Shown here: positions 13,556-27,382 of the stretch, in pieces
Numbering within the stretch: position 1 is the first letter of the stretch
Layout of the letters: the number at the start of each line of letters is the position of its first letter
Assembly: GCA_964016885.1 (NCBI GenBank)
Contig: OZ024741.1
Location: forward strand, 73,098,001 to 73,162,000
Direction: 5' to 3'
DNA length: 64,000 nucleotides
Source of the DNA: Eledone cirrhosa
Lineage: Eukaryota
The notes under the pieces: model-generated
Told to the model about the DNA's origin: nothing
Seen by the model: the letters and a program-made list of their open reading frames with translations, nothing else
Databases searched by the model: none
Made by a program: the position numbers and the translations under genes

Positions 13556-13724
13556 TGACTGCGTGTGGAAGTATATTTATATAAAAAGAGGGTGATCCTT
13601 CTATAGACACCAGTTGACGTTTATCAGTTTGAATTATTATTATTTATTTTGGCCATACTTTCCATGTTCGGACAACGTAGTGTGAGAACACTACTTACAA
13701 ACTGACGTACCTTCACTTTCATGC

Positions 13725-14790
13725 ATACACACACTGACCAACATATTCATATATACACACACCGACCAACATATTCATATATACACACACCGACCAACAT
13801 ATTCATATATACACACACCGACCAACATATTCATATATACACACACCGACCAATATATTCATATATACACACACCGACCAATATATTCATATATACACAC
13901 ACCGACCAACACATTCATATATACACACACTGACCAACATATTCATATATACACACACCGACCAACATATTCATATATACACACACCGACCAACACATTC
14001 ATATATACACACACTGACCAACATATTCATATATACACACACCGACCAACACATTCATATATACACACACCGATCAACACATTCATATATACACACACCG
14101 ACCAACACATTCATATATACACACACTGACAAACACATTCATATATACACACACCGACCAACACTTTCATATATACACACACCGACCACCACATTCATAT
14201 ATACACACACGAACCAACACATTCATATATGCATACACCGACCAACACATTCATATATACACACACCGACCAACACATTCATATATACACACACTGACAA
14301 ACACATTCATATATACACACACCGACCAACATATTCATATGTACACACACCGACCAACACATTCATATATACACACACCGAACAACACATTCATATATAC
14401 ACACACCGACCAACACATTCATATATACACACACCGATCAACACATTCATATATACACACACTGACCAACATATTCATATATACACACACCGACCAACAC
14501 ATTCATATATACACACACCGAACAACACATTCATATATACACACACCGACCAACACATTCATATATACACACACCGATCAACACATTCATATATACACAC
14601 ACCGACCAACACATTCATATATACACACACCGACCAACACATTCATATATACACACACCGACCAACACATTCATATATACACACACTGACAAACACATTC
14701 ATATATACACACACCGATCAACACATTCATATATACATACACCGACCAACACATTCATATATACACACACCGACCAACACATTCATATAT
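13725..14790. repeat. 28-bp minisatellite ACCGACCAACACATTCATATATACACAC
   Basis: ccgacc recurs at 13818, 13846 and onward. Confidence 0.95.
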
Positions 14791-15102
14791 ATAGTCACAA
14801 GCGACAAACATACGCATGCACACTGACGGATGCACGCAGGGCAGTATACTACCGTACAAATACACGCACACACACGCACACACACACGCACACACACATA
14901 TATATATATGCATTCATACATCCATATATACATACACACATATAAACATGCATTCATACATGCATGCATACATGCATATATACATGCATATATACATGCA
15001 TACATACATACATATATACATACATATGTACATACATGCATACATGCATGCATACATGCATGAATATACATGCATGCATACATGCATGCATACACACACA
15101 CA

Positions 15103-15818
15103 TGGAGGCTGCCAACTCGTTTTCGAGTACGGCCACTACTTTATATCCATGTAGGAGAACCCCTACCAAGATGATATTTACCAAAAAGAAGAACAAGTCA
15201 ACATCATTGGATACCATCAGGGTTGCAGGTGTTATATCAGAGTTTTCCTTCTCCTAGAATTCTGCCTTGACAAAGGCTAAGGGGTCATCTCTCCCGGTGA
15301 TTTTGGATGGCCATTGACTCTTAAGAGCTCCTTTGCCCTTTGACAGGTTTTGTTTTTAGTCCTGCAGGATGTCCAAAGTCACCCTCCTCACCAAGAAACC
15401 TTGGTGGGGTTGCCAGTTTAGTCGCCAACGACCCGACCATGAGACAGGTTGTACTGGGATACATGTTACTAATAGCACCAAATACTTACACACATACACA
15501 TACATACATACACACACACACATACATACATATATGGTGGCTGCCAACTCGTTTTCGAGTACGGCCATTACTTTATATCCATGTAGGAGAACCCCTACCA
15601 ATGCGCTGAACGAGTGTGACTTTTTAGTCCAGCCAGCGACTTGAAAACTCTGGTACAAACACTACACTTGTGACAATTATTGACACATAGTGCTGGGCCC
15701 ATGGTACCATGTGACGACAAGTGCAGAGAGATCTCCAGATATAAAGCAATGCTGTGCCGTGAAGCTTATATAGTGAGCAAAGGCACTGCACAAAGCTAGT
15801 CCCACTCTCTTAACAAAG
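15103..15818 (-). mobile_element. Rearranged non-autonomous RTE-derived element in (CATA)n
   Basis: Near-identical to segments of 49921-50527 but in permuted order. Confidence 0.8.
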
Positions 15819-16121
15819 ACATACATACATACATACATACATACATACATACATACATACATACATACATACATACATACATACATACATACATACTTGT
15901 AGGTACGTGCAGTATCAATACAGTGCACATACACACTGACGGACCCCCCACCCCCCACCACCACACACACACATACATACACATGTACACACATATACAT
16001 ATATACACTTACATAGAGAAACCCAGAATTTATAGATATAGACTTAAAGACACGTGGGCAAATATACGCTAACACAAACATCCATACACATACACATATA
16101 TACGTGGACAAACACATACAC

Positions 16122-16412
16122 TGTAAAGGAGAAAAAGCATGAAGGATCAACCACGGCAAACGGCAGAAGCGTTACTGTGGAGAATGGCCAGCGACACCCG
16201 CTACAGCAGCCACTCCACCTCACAAGACTCCCTCAATCAAGTATGCCGCTGTCTTCCCGACTTTACAGAGGGAATCAGCAGTGCGAGAACGATGGATCAC
16301 AGAGGTCTCGACGGGGACTGGTACGAAGAGGAAGCGGTGTGTCAGGCTCTAGTATTTAACTATCCTCCACTCGTCTGCATTGCGGGCAACGGAGCCTGGG
16401 TTGGCAGCCGAC
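16122..16412. mobile_element. Possible solo LTR
   Basis: GC-rich island bounded by TGT...ACA, flanks tacac/tacag; no second copy in the window. Confidence 0.3.
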
Positions 16413-16423
16413 ATACAGACATT

Positions 16424-16466
<43 letters not shown>

Positions 16467-16851
16467 TGTTATGCTTTGGGAGGGTCATGTTGCCAATAAG
16501 AAACACACGCACCAGTAGCATCACACATTCGTCACACATTCTGTGACCTCTTCAGTGACTGGAGATTCTTTTCTTTTCTTTGTTTTTGTGTCTCTCCTTT
16601 GTTCTGAAGAGGTCACAGAATGTGTGACGAAAGAACTTGACAATATATGAACAACCGTCCGGTTGTGGAACCAACCAACCAACCGGAAATTCATAAATTC
16701 TTAAATTTATAAATTTAATTTATAATAAATTGGAGTGAAAGCAACTGGTGCGTGTGTTTCTTATTGTCAACATGACCCTCCCAAAGTATAACAATATCGA
16801 TTTCAACACACGTTTTCAGACAAAGAATCTTGCTAAACAAATTCAGAAACG

Positions 16852-16852
<1 letters not shown>
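16467..16852. mobile_element. Family P2 inverted pLTR pair with hammerhead cores at 16604-16642 (+) and 16528-16559 (-, partial)
   Basis: ttgttatgctttgggagggtcatg versus catgaccctcccaaagtataacaa; CTGAAGAGGTCACAGAATGTGTGACGAAA. Confidence 0.75.
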
Positions 16853-16899
<47 letters not shown>

Positions 16900-16901
<2 letters not shown>

Positions 16902-17027
16902 GATGATTTCTAATGAATGAAACAGTTCTAGTCCTGTAGAATCTCTTCTATATTAATACTTTTATACTCTGCTATGTATTGAGTACCTTACTTACTGTGG
17001 TTACCTCCGATTCAACCCGGAATAACG
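16900..17027 (+). mobile_element. pLTR-like fragment starting at a hammerhead core
   Basis: CTGATGA TTTC TAAT GAAT GAAAC...GTC; the 5' arm of stem I is replaced by (TA)n. Confidence 0.45.
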
Positions 17028-17045
17028 TATATATATATATATATA

Positions 17046-17250
17046 GAAGTGGTTACACAACAGTTAGTTTACCATACCAAGAACAATTGTTTCACCTTAG
17101 CGGATCCTCAGCTCGTAATGGACATTACAACAATTGTTCTCGGTATGATGAACTAACTGTTGTGTAACCACTTCTACCTAACTCGTCCCATGGACTGAGT
17201 GCTCTACCACTACGGATATTACCTTCCACTACGGATATTATCTACCACTA
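17046..17250. mobile_element. Fold-back pLTR (family P4, same as 40195-40342)
   Basis: 17045-17091 is inverted at 17128-17176. Confidence 0.75.
17078..17115 (-). ncRNA. Minimal type I hammerhead ribozyme
   Basis: CGAG CUGAGGA UCC-GCUAA-GGU GAAAC AAUU GUU CUUG; palindromic stem III (ACAAUUGU). Confidence 0.75.
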
Positions 17251-17618
17251 TATATATATATATATATCAAATTACAAAATATGAGGAAATAATAGACAAA
17301 AATATACCTATTCTTTCTTCAAAGTCCCGACTGCAGTTTCGCCGATCCCTGTGCACCGATTTCTGCGCTTTAAAAGTGCATCATCGCTGTGAGGTTGATA
17401 CGGCTCATCAAGAGACCCCCTCAGAAAAAAGGACTGTTTCTTGACGCGTTTATAGCAAGTGAGAAAGTCTCAGAGTTGGAGGGAGAGATTAACACATGAT
17501 AGAGTGATAAAAATAAAGATTGTTTCTTTTGTACCAAGTGAGAATTTCTCGGAAGGTGAGGAGAAAGATAAACACATGATACAGTGGTCACAGAAGGGTA
17601 TATATATATATATATAGT

Positions 17619-17834
17619 CAATCGACTTTCGTCAAATCGGATCGAGGAAAGAATGTTTCCATTAGTCTTTCCAATTGCTAATACTATTTATCGGCTGCAA
17701 CTTCAGGTAGAAGGAGCGACGTGAAATAAAGTGTTTTGCCCAAGGACATAACGCATCACCCGGTCCGGGAATCGAACTCACAACCTCACGATTGCGAATC
17801 CAATTCTCTAACTACTCAGGCACGCGCCTTCACA
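17619..17834 (-). mobile_element. tRNA-derived CORE-type SINE
   Basis: Minus strand has A/B boxes (GTTCGATTCC) and TGTCCTTGGGCAAAACACTT; copies at 59690-59890 and, degenerate, 24735-24852. Confidence 0.75.
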
Positions 17835-18128
17835 CCACAATAACGAACATCCATGACACTATACGTCCACCACAGTTTCCCGTCTACACAGAGATCGAAC
17901 TTGGAAACCCCATGGTTTGGAGCCAAGTTTTTTAACCATTCAGCCATGACTCAATTCATATATTCCCAAATTCCCATACATATAAATTATACACACGCGC
18001 ACACACACACACACAATATTTATAAACTCATAATATATAAAAGAATATATTTTTAATGGAGCTTTTATTTTTGTAGATACACGTGTAAAGAATATAATGA
18101 TCTGATTAGATTTTAATATTTGCTACAT

Positions 18129-18172
<44 letters not shown>

Positions 18173-18174
<2 letters not shown>

Positions 18175-18556
18175 GATTCTTTTTTTCAAATACCACTTTG
18201 GAAGAAGAATCAGGATGGAGAGAGGGGTGCTGTACCCCAGCAAGTTTTATGAAAGGTGGGTGAAAGTGGCGAGAATGGCCCGAGTGAATGGGCCTTCTCT
18301 CTATATCAGCCTGTAGGTTGAGGAAAAGGAGGAGGAGAGGAAAGGAGTACAAACTCTTCGTACTCCTGGAGATGAGGGTTGCACATTTTTTTTCGGGGGT
18401 ATGTGTTACCCATATAAACTGTCTCCCTCTATTGGGGAAAATCGACTAACTTTTTAAATTCCATTTGTGATAACATTTTACACGTTTTTATTGTATGTAA
18501 ACTTCCCCTTTGTATTTGTCCCCTTCTTTTGTGCCCCCGTGGCTAATAAAGAAATA
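18173..18556 (+). mobile_element. Tx1/L1 3' fragment inserted in (TCTA)n
   Basis: Near-identical to 43842-44190 and extends to the gctaataaagaaa tail; TCTA repeats on both sides. Confidence 0.85.
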
Positions 18557-18564
18557 TATCTATC

Positions 18565-18615
<51 letters not shown>

Positions 18616-18712
18616 AGAGTAACTTGGAGTTACTGCAGGTTCACCCGGGTGAGCACTCGATGTTTAGTTTCACTTCTGTGTTGAGGTATAGAGCTATACA
18701 GAGTGTAATATT

Positions 18713-18848
18713 TTGAAAGGATAACAAGGACGACTGGTTACTCCTTCATTACATTTTTGGTAGGTGACGCGCGTATTGCCACTGATCAGCTCAAGGTTCG
18801 ATCTGTATCGATCTTACCCGGAGTAACCAATCGTCCTTGTTATCATTT

Positions 18849-18852
<4 letters not shown>
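18713..18852. mobile_element. Fold-back pLTR-like element; related copy at 36049-36252
   Basis: 18713-18751 is inverted at 18819-18851; the 36049 copy has GAAACGCGCGTC on the minus strand. Confidence 0.6.
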
Positions 18853-18886
<34 letters not shown>

Positions 18887-18888
<2 letters not shown>

Positions 18889-19073
18889 CGAAGGAAATGT
18901 GGTAAAGAACCGGATGGACCATAACGCACCAAAGTACTCAATACTTAGGGTAGTAGAGTGGGTAAGAGGAACGAGTAGGACCCCGACGGCTGAGCTCAAG
19001 CCGTTTCAACGGCTAATTCGGCTGAATTATCCGTCGAAACGGCTTGGGCTCAGCCGTCGGGGTCCTACTCGTT

Positions 19074-19108
<35 letters not shown>

Positions 19109-19279
19109 CGAAGGAGTTGTGGTAAGGAATCAAATGGACCATAACGCACCAGAGTACTCAATACTTGGGGTAGTAGAGTGGGTAATAGGAAAAAGTATGA
19201 CCCCGACGGCTGAGCTGAAGCTGTTTCGACGGCCGTCGAAACGGCTTGAGCTCTGCCGTCGGGGGTCATACTTTTTCCT
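18887..19279 (-). mobile_element. Two tandem P1 fold-back elements separated by (TA)n
   Basis: 18887-19075 and 19107-19279 are both reverse homologues of 3211-3443. Confidence 0.8.
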
Positions 19280-19387
19280 ATATATATATATATATATATT
19301 TTATTTTTAAATACACTATATATATAAGTGGGTGTGGGTGTATGTATGTGTGTACATACATCAAAAGGGAAACAAGAGAGAGAGAAA

Positions 19388-19418
<31 letters not shown>

Positions 19419-19899
19419 GGATAGAGAGGGTGATGGAGGGGGAGAGAGAGAGGGGGGGGGGGGGAGAGTACTATTTATTTCACACTGGTTTATGTTGTTT
19501 ACATATGCTGATACACAGTAACACATGTAAGTACACACACAGAATCACACCGATGTACACACACACCAACATACATGCATACATAGACATATACATACAC
19601 ATACATACATATATACACATATATACATTGTGATATTGTTATTTAATATATAACAGTGACTACAGCTAGCTGTCTATCCATGTGATACTGCAGAAGATAT
19701 AACATCCCGGTGTAGTATACTATAGAATATCCGTGTGCGTTATTCATATATTCCCAAATTCCCAGTGATATATAAACTTAAGGATATCCAATATTATTAT
19801 TATTTATCACATTCGTCAATGAATACAGAAACAAACACTAACGGATGTTAAGGAAACCAATGAGATTATTGATGAGCTCTCTAAATCTTATATCTATGA

Positions 19900-20550
19900 C
19901 ACATTGGTCTTTCCTAACAGAAGAAAGGAGTGGATCGTCAGGTTGGACTAAGGAAACTATGTGTCATTGTTGATACTATTCGTCGGTTGCATATACTGGA
20001 GGAGGAAAGCAGCTGATCGTCAGATCTGACCAAGGAACCTATGTCCCATTGATCTTTCCATTGCTGCTATTATTTGACGGCTGCAATTCCTGGCAGAAGA
20101 AAGGAGCGGATTGCCAGAGCGGACTAAGGAGACTATGTTTCCATAATTTATACTAGGGCGGTGGATTGGCAGTATCGGTAGAGGGTCGGACACCATGCTT
20201 TGCAGCTTAGAGTTACGGCCCTTTACGGTCTAAGATCAAATCCCGCCGAGGTTAACTTTGCTTTTCATCCTTACGGGTTTGATAAAATAATGTACTAGTA
20301 ATGCACTGAGATAATTGCTGGCCTTATGCCAAATGTAGAAACAATTATTTATACTACCTGTCGGTCACAGCACCTGGCAAAAGAAGAGAGCAGATCATCC
20401 GCTTGGATCAAAGAAACCATAGTTTTATTGGTCCTTCCATTGCAGCTACTATCTGCTGGTCGCAACTCCTGGCTTAATCGTCATATCGGACCAAGGAAAT
20501 TAGCTCTTTACATTGCTGCTACGATCTGCCAGTCGCACCTCCTGGCGAAA
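19900..20550. repeat. Diverged ~80-95 bp tandem repeat homologous to the CORE-SINE tail
   Basis: Recurrent ggactaaggaaactatgt...ccattg...ggtcgcaactcctggc. Confidence 0.65.
20156..20348 (+). mobile_element. Nin/Deu-domain tRNA-derived SINE
   Basis: GGCGGTGGATTGGCAGTATCGGTAG head and TTTCATCCTTACGGG..GATAAAAT central domain; many copies in the window. Confidence 0.8.
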
Positions 20551-21319
20551 ATGACCTATTGTTAAGAAATATCTTTGATAAAGACTGTTATGGGGTTAAA
20601 TGACAATAACAACTGAATGAAGTTGAATCTTATTAGACAATTATTTAATTAAGTTTGGACATTTTCAAAATATTCAACCATGATGATGTCATCTCATATA
20701 GAATTTATTGGTTAAAGAGATAATAAATGGATGCTAGACCAAATTAACTAGTTATTCGTATATTTATTTTTGTATTATTTCTTCTCCTCTTTAAACAATG
20801 ATAAGTTATTTACGTTCACCAAATTATTTCATTATAAAAGGGAATCGAGAATGAAGAAATGTTGAAATGTTAGAGAAAGAATTTCATTTATTTACTTTTC
20901 AAGACGTTATTTTAATTGGTTTGGAAGGAAAATGAGTGATACTGTGATAGATTGAAAGTTGATGCACATACATACGATCGGGCATACACACATACATACA
21001 CATACATACATACATACATTCATACATACATACATACACACACACATACATATATTCATACATACATTCATACATACGTATATACATACATACAGACATT
21101 CATACATACATATATATACATACATACATAATAGATACATACATATATCCACATATGCATACATATACATACATACATATGCATACATACATACATACAC
21201 ACACATATGGATACACACATACATGCGAGCATGCATACATACATACATACATACATACATACATACATACATACATACATACATACATACATACATACAT
21301 ACATACATACATACATACA

Positions 21320-21770
21320 TAAATGATGGTTGTATCTCGCTCTCGAGAATTGCCATCGCTTGATCCGTCTCTTTTCTCATACATGTGTGTGTATGACACG
21401 AACATGACCTTTAATCATACCAAGGACTTACATTCCTTTCTGCATATGCTGCAACGAAAGATAAAGAAAAGCCATTTTCAGTTACAGCCGGCTATACTCA
21501 TGCAAGGCACATAAATGATGTTTAGATCAAGTGTTACCTGTGCTTCATGCTTTTTTAAATGAAGAAAGTTCTTGCACTTCACCAATCCCTCTCTCAGAAC
21601 ATCGGTGACGTATCCAAAATGAAAACCAGGCCAACATCATTGGCTGCCATCGAGTCGCAGGATTTAGATCAGAGTTTTCCTTCTACTAGAATGTTGTCCT
21701 ACGTCCTATCAAGGAATAGGAGTTTCTCACTCCCGGTGGGCTACCTGCGCACTTGGGCACCCATTATTAC
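21320..21770 (-). mobile_element. Old RTE-derived element with (CATA)n tail
   Basis: aacatcattgg...cagagttttccttcta resembles 15200-15300. Confidence 0.5.
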
Positions 21771-21789
21771 ATGCCGAATTTCTGAAATG

Positions 21790-22410
21790 TTTTACATATT
21801 TTAACAGTTCTATTAATGGACTATACTTTCAACTTCTAATTAATCCTACTCTTTTTGGTTCTGTGAAGCCCAGCTTCTCAAAATGTGTACTGAGGCAGTT
21901 AGTAACATATGCCAGAGCCCCAGTGATCACAAGTACAAATCTAAATCTAAATTGCCGCCTTTTCACTAATCCTTAGCATTATATAGACAGAAACCATTAT
22001 ATTGACAATTGTTGGGCAGCTGATTTCCACTACTGCGCTTGCCTTCTTTTTGCTATCCTATATCTCTCTCTATGTCTGGACTTTTTATGTTTGCATTTTT
22101 ATTGGTGTTTTGACAGGAACATTCCACAAGTACTCTTTTATTTTACATGTGCATATACCCCCCCCCCCCCCCACATCACTGTCACTTTTTATATTTATTC
22201 TCAAAACCCTTTTTTCTACAGATTACATTTTATAATGATTTGGCCACTACATCATGCCTCATATATCGGTAGTATCGTGAGGACACATTTGGACAGCTGT
22301 TTATAACATGGGTGAAATCTTCGGTGTTTATGCCACAGAGACTGCATCTATTATCACATCTAGGTATTTTACCTGCATCCCTATCACTTCTGTGCACCAT
22401 GTATAAGTTC
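21790..22410 (-). pseudogene. Degenerate R4/Dong RLE-domain fragment
   Basis: CSLC...EDFTHVINSC...RHDVVAK, homologous to 46495-46932. Confidence 0.8.
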
Positions 22411-22454
22411 TCGAAGAAGGTTAGATAGAAAATTTGCTTAGAATATAACACAAT

Positions 22455-22860
22455 CATCATCATTCTCACATCTCATCGCAGCCGATCTTCCGATCGAAAC
22501 ATATCCTTTCCAAATTTATCGCTCCAACATCAATGTTCGTATTTTCAATTCAATCTTCGATTCGATGTCCTTTCAAAGTATGTGAATTAAGTTTGGAGGT
22601 TGTCTTCCACAGTTACTCTGTCAATAAGTTTGCTACTATAGCACTAGATTCGAGTGTATTTCTTCAGAATGCCTTTTACAGAGACCAGCGATTCGCAAAG
22701 AGTCAGTTGTTAAATGAAGTACAGCACTTAAAATGTTATCCTAACATAAATAGTCACTATTTAGGAAGTCTACATGAAACTTTTAGGGTCGAAGGATCAT
22801 TGTTGTTTGAAGAATATATGCCCTGTAGTATTCATTCACATCCGTAATGAACCAACCTAG
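22455..22860 (-). pseudogene. Degenerate RTE 3' end
   Basis: Minus translation RIAGLCKRHSEEI..LVL; short (GAT)n tail. Confidence 0.5.
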
Positions 22861-23217
22861 ATAAATCGTTTTGAGCTGTGCTAGCCGGCAGCCATTTTTG
22901 CATTGTCATTAATAACGTGACCATCACCGCAGTAAGTATTCCGGTCAGGCACAACCAGCACCCTGCCTGGCGGCCAGCCAGACTGTCAGATTATGTGTAT
23001 ATCTGTCCTTTGCTATATGTATCCTTTCATTGTTGTTTCCATATGTATCTGTTCGTCTGTCCTTCTCCTTCTCGGTCTCGTCTATCCCATTGTTTCCAGT
23101 TTTATATCTCATCGTTCTCTCTTGTTTGCTTTCATTCGTTCCATCACTCATCTAATCTCTCTCTCTCTCAATCTCTCTCTCCCTCTTTCCCCCTCTCTCC
23201 CTCTCTCTTTCTTTCTT

Positions 23218-23275
<58 letters not shown>

Positions 23276-23882
23276 TATATATATGCATATGTGTGTGTGT
23301 GTGTATGTGTGTATAAGAAAGAGACAGAAACGGAAAAAAATTTCACCGTAGGGTTTTAAGTTCACAGGCGCACACACATACATACACACAAACGCAGACA
23401 CCGACAGACAGACACACACACACACAGACTCACACTCACATACATATATCTATATATCTATATCTATATATATATATATATCAGAAGCAATAAGTGGAAT
23501 ACAAATTAGCAGATCGATAGCAATATATAGATAAATATATAGGCTAGTGATAGATTTACCTAGAAAGTTCAGAGAGAGAGAGGGGGGAGAGAGTGGAGGG
23601 AGCAGACAGATGGAATGGAATAGATAGATAGACAGAGGGCAAGAACAATGGGTAAGAGTAAAATAATAAGAGCGAGAGAAAGAGAGTGATACATCTGAAT
23701 GATGATTTAGTGGACACAAGATGTTCTCTATAAAACATGTTTGTCTCTTACGGTTCATGCACCGGAAACTGTAATCTAGCATTTCCGGTAGACACCATAA
23801 TAAGAGGTCAGACATTGCTAATATGTTCCACTAGAAACACACACACATCTGCCTTCGAACATGCACACACATACGGTGGCAC

Positions 23883-23913
<31 letters not shown>

Positions 23914-24083
23914 CATACACACATACCCCCCATATGTATATATATATATATATATACATATATATATGTATACAAACATACACGTACGTGTGTATGTATG
24001 TGTGTGAACCTAAAATCCTACGGTGAAATTTCCCTGTCTTTCTCTCTCTGTCTCTCCCTCTCTCTCTCCCCCTCTCTCTCTCT

Positions 24084-24203
<120 letters not shown>

Positions 24204-24259
24204 CATACATACATGAATATATATACATATACACATATATACATACATACATGCATACG

Positions 24260-24310
<51 letters not shown>

Positions 24311-25674
24311 GCGTGTATGTGTATGGTGTGCATGTATTTGTGTGTATCTGTGTAAATACATAGATGCAAAAATTGCTATATAATAACATAATACACCAGT
24401 CATTTGTCTATAGATTTGTACCAAGATAACGATTTCTGAGTGAATATTTTGAGGAGATTCTGCTTCAAAAGAAATATTCCACTTTAGTAGGTAAAATATC
24501 TTTATATGCAGATCCAGTGTATTTTTGCTGTCTGCTACTGGCCCTCCATCGGTTATGACGACGATTGTACCAATTGTTCGAAAAGAAGAACAGCCTCATC
24601 TGGAAATTATCGTGCAAGTAGTTATACATTCTATGAACATGTGTATCCTTAACGTAGATCTCAGGGTGATTCAGAGTAACACATTGTGTAACAAGTCTGA
24701 TCCTTTCAAATATAGGTACAACTCATATTTTTTGCCTACAGAAATGTGAAATAACTTGTCTTGCTCAAAGACACAATACGACGCCTAGATTCGAGCTTAT
24801 GACCGTGCGATCGTGAGCTGAACAATCTATCTACTAAGCCGCTCATCTTCACTTTACTCTCTACAAATACTTTATAGTAATATACCTCTTTTAACAAGTC
24901 ACAATTGATCCTAAGTCAATTTCATCGATGAACATTCAGTTGCTTGATCATCTGAATTTTCAGCAAGTGAGCTAACGTGTACGTGACCGAGCATTCTACA
25001 GGCACGTGTATCTTTGACGTAATTCCCAAGCCAAATTAAATGTAACAAAACTGGGCCTTGCATTACGTGTACTGACAATCCAACGAATTTCATACAGTTT
25101 CTGTCTACTCTATTTCACTGAAGACGGAAATATAAAGAATATGACTTAAAATATATGCATACACACACCACGAACAAATAAATAAACACATAGGATCATT
25201 TCATACACAAAAATGCATACACACGCATACCTCACCGCACCATATAAATACATACATACAAGATTATGACATACAGACAGCCACGCATACAACGTAGAAC
25301 AATATAAAGATAAATACATACAGATACAGCAAAGACATGCATAACGATACAATCCGGCTCACAACTGAACAGATAAAAATGTGGATACATAAACTCACAC
25401 AAAAAAGAACAACAACAAAACAAAAACAAAAAACGGAAAACAAACAAACATAAACAGTTTTTAAACGTTTGTGCATGGTGTTTTTCTAAATATATGCTCC
25501 AAATCTGTTTTTAAGATAGCGTGTTAGCGCCTGTAAAAATGTAAGTAATTTATATATTATAAAGGGATTTTTATTTACATAGGCAACATAACAATATTCG
25601 TTGGAATATAAACAAAATCCATGCCACTTTACGAAACAGCGAATGTTTCTTCCAGTTCTTGAGAGAGAGAGAGA

Positions 25675-25752
<78 letters not shown>

Positions 25753-26150
25753 TGATGGGAAAGGGAGGTCTAGGTAGAATTAAAATATTCTTGATTTAGG
25801 TCATTCTTTTTTTTCAGAAATCAGTTGTTTGTTATGATTTTACAGAGAAGAACATTTTGGCAATGGTTTAGAATTTAGTGCCAACAGGGGAATTGTCAAC
25901 CGAGTAGGAAGTAGTGTGATATATCTAAGCATAAATAGAATGTTTTTGGTAATCACGGAGGTGATGGATCACTAAGTCAAGTTGGTGCCAATATATAAAG
26001 CAATGATGGCGCCAGAATATTCAATATTATGGAAAGACTTTGAAATGAAACTTTGCTCATTCAAAGCCTATGATGGTACTTCAGATCTAGAGTAATTATT
26101 CTCCATTTTCATTCTTTCATTTCCTCACAAACATGTCCATATTATGCATG

Positions 26151-26238
<88 letters not shown>

Positions 26239-26847
26239 ACACATAGCCACACAAATGCATACACAGGAATATACATACACGTATATTTACATAGACAAAT
26301 ATGTAGACATATAAATCAATATATATGTATTTATGAATGTATGTATGTATTTATGTATGTATATTTGTATGTATGTATGTATGTATGTATGTATGTATGT
26401 ATGTATGTATCTATGTATGTATGTATTCATGTATGTACTTATGTATGTATATTTGTATGTATGTATGTATATTTGTATGTATGTATGTATGTATGTATGT
26501 ATGTATGTATGTATGTATGTATGTATGTATGTATGTATGTGTGTATGTATGTATGTATGTATGCATGCATGTATGCATGCATGTGTGTATGTATGTATGT
26601 ATGTATGTATGTATGTATGTATGTATGTATGTATGTATGTATGTATGCATGTATGTATGTATTCATGTATGTACTTATGTATGTATATTTGTATGTATGT
26701 TTGCATAAATGTATGTACGTGTATATGTATGTATACATGTATTTATGTATGTATGATTGTTTGTATGTATATGTGTATGTAACTATGAATGTGCTTGTGT
26801 ATGTATACGAGTATGTATGTATGCACACACGTGTATGTGGGTATATA

Positions 26848-26943
<96 letters not shown>

Positions 26944-26983
26944 CAGGCACATAACGGACATATTATGTATATGTAATGCACAT

Positions 26984-27014
<31 letters not shown>

Positions 27015-27020
27015 CATATC

Positions 27021-27200
27021 GGAAAAAGTATGACCCCGACGGCAGAGCTCAAGCAGTTTCGATGGCTATTTCTGGACTGAGTCCAGAAATAGCCATCGAA
27101 ACGGCGTCATACTTTTTCTTATTACCCACTCTACTACCCTAAGTATTGAGTACTCTGCTGCGTTATGGTCCATCTGGTTCCTTACCACAACTCCTTCGTT
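27021..27200 (+). mobile_element. P1 fold-back element with an internal deletion
   Basis: Homologous to 3211-3443. Confidence 0.8.
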
Positions 27201-27242
27201 ATATATATATATTTATATATTTACACACACGCACACACACAC

Positions 27243-27382
<140 letters not shown>

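Noticed and set aside
13725-14790. 28-bp (and 63-bp) arrays as CRISPR
   Set aside because: The units are contiguous with no unique spacers, there are no cas genes, and the context is eukaryotic.
16139-16546. 135-aa ORF
   Set aside because: No recognisable motif, and it runs into a microsatellite; better explained as an LTR-like island.
25800-26100. Possible host exon after ttacag
   Set aside because: The frames are short and unrecognisable, with no convincing donor site.
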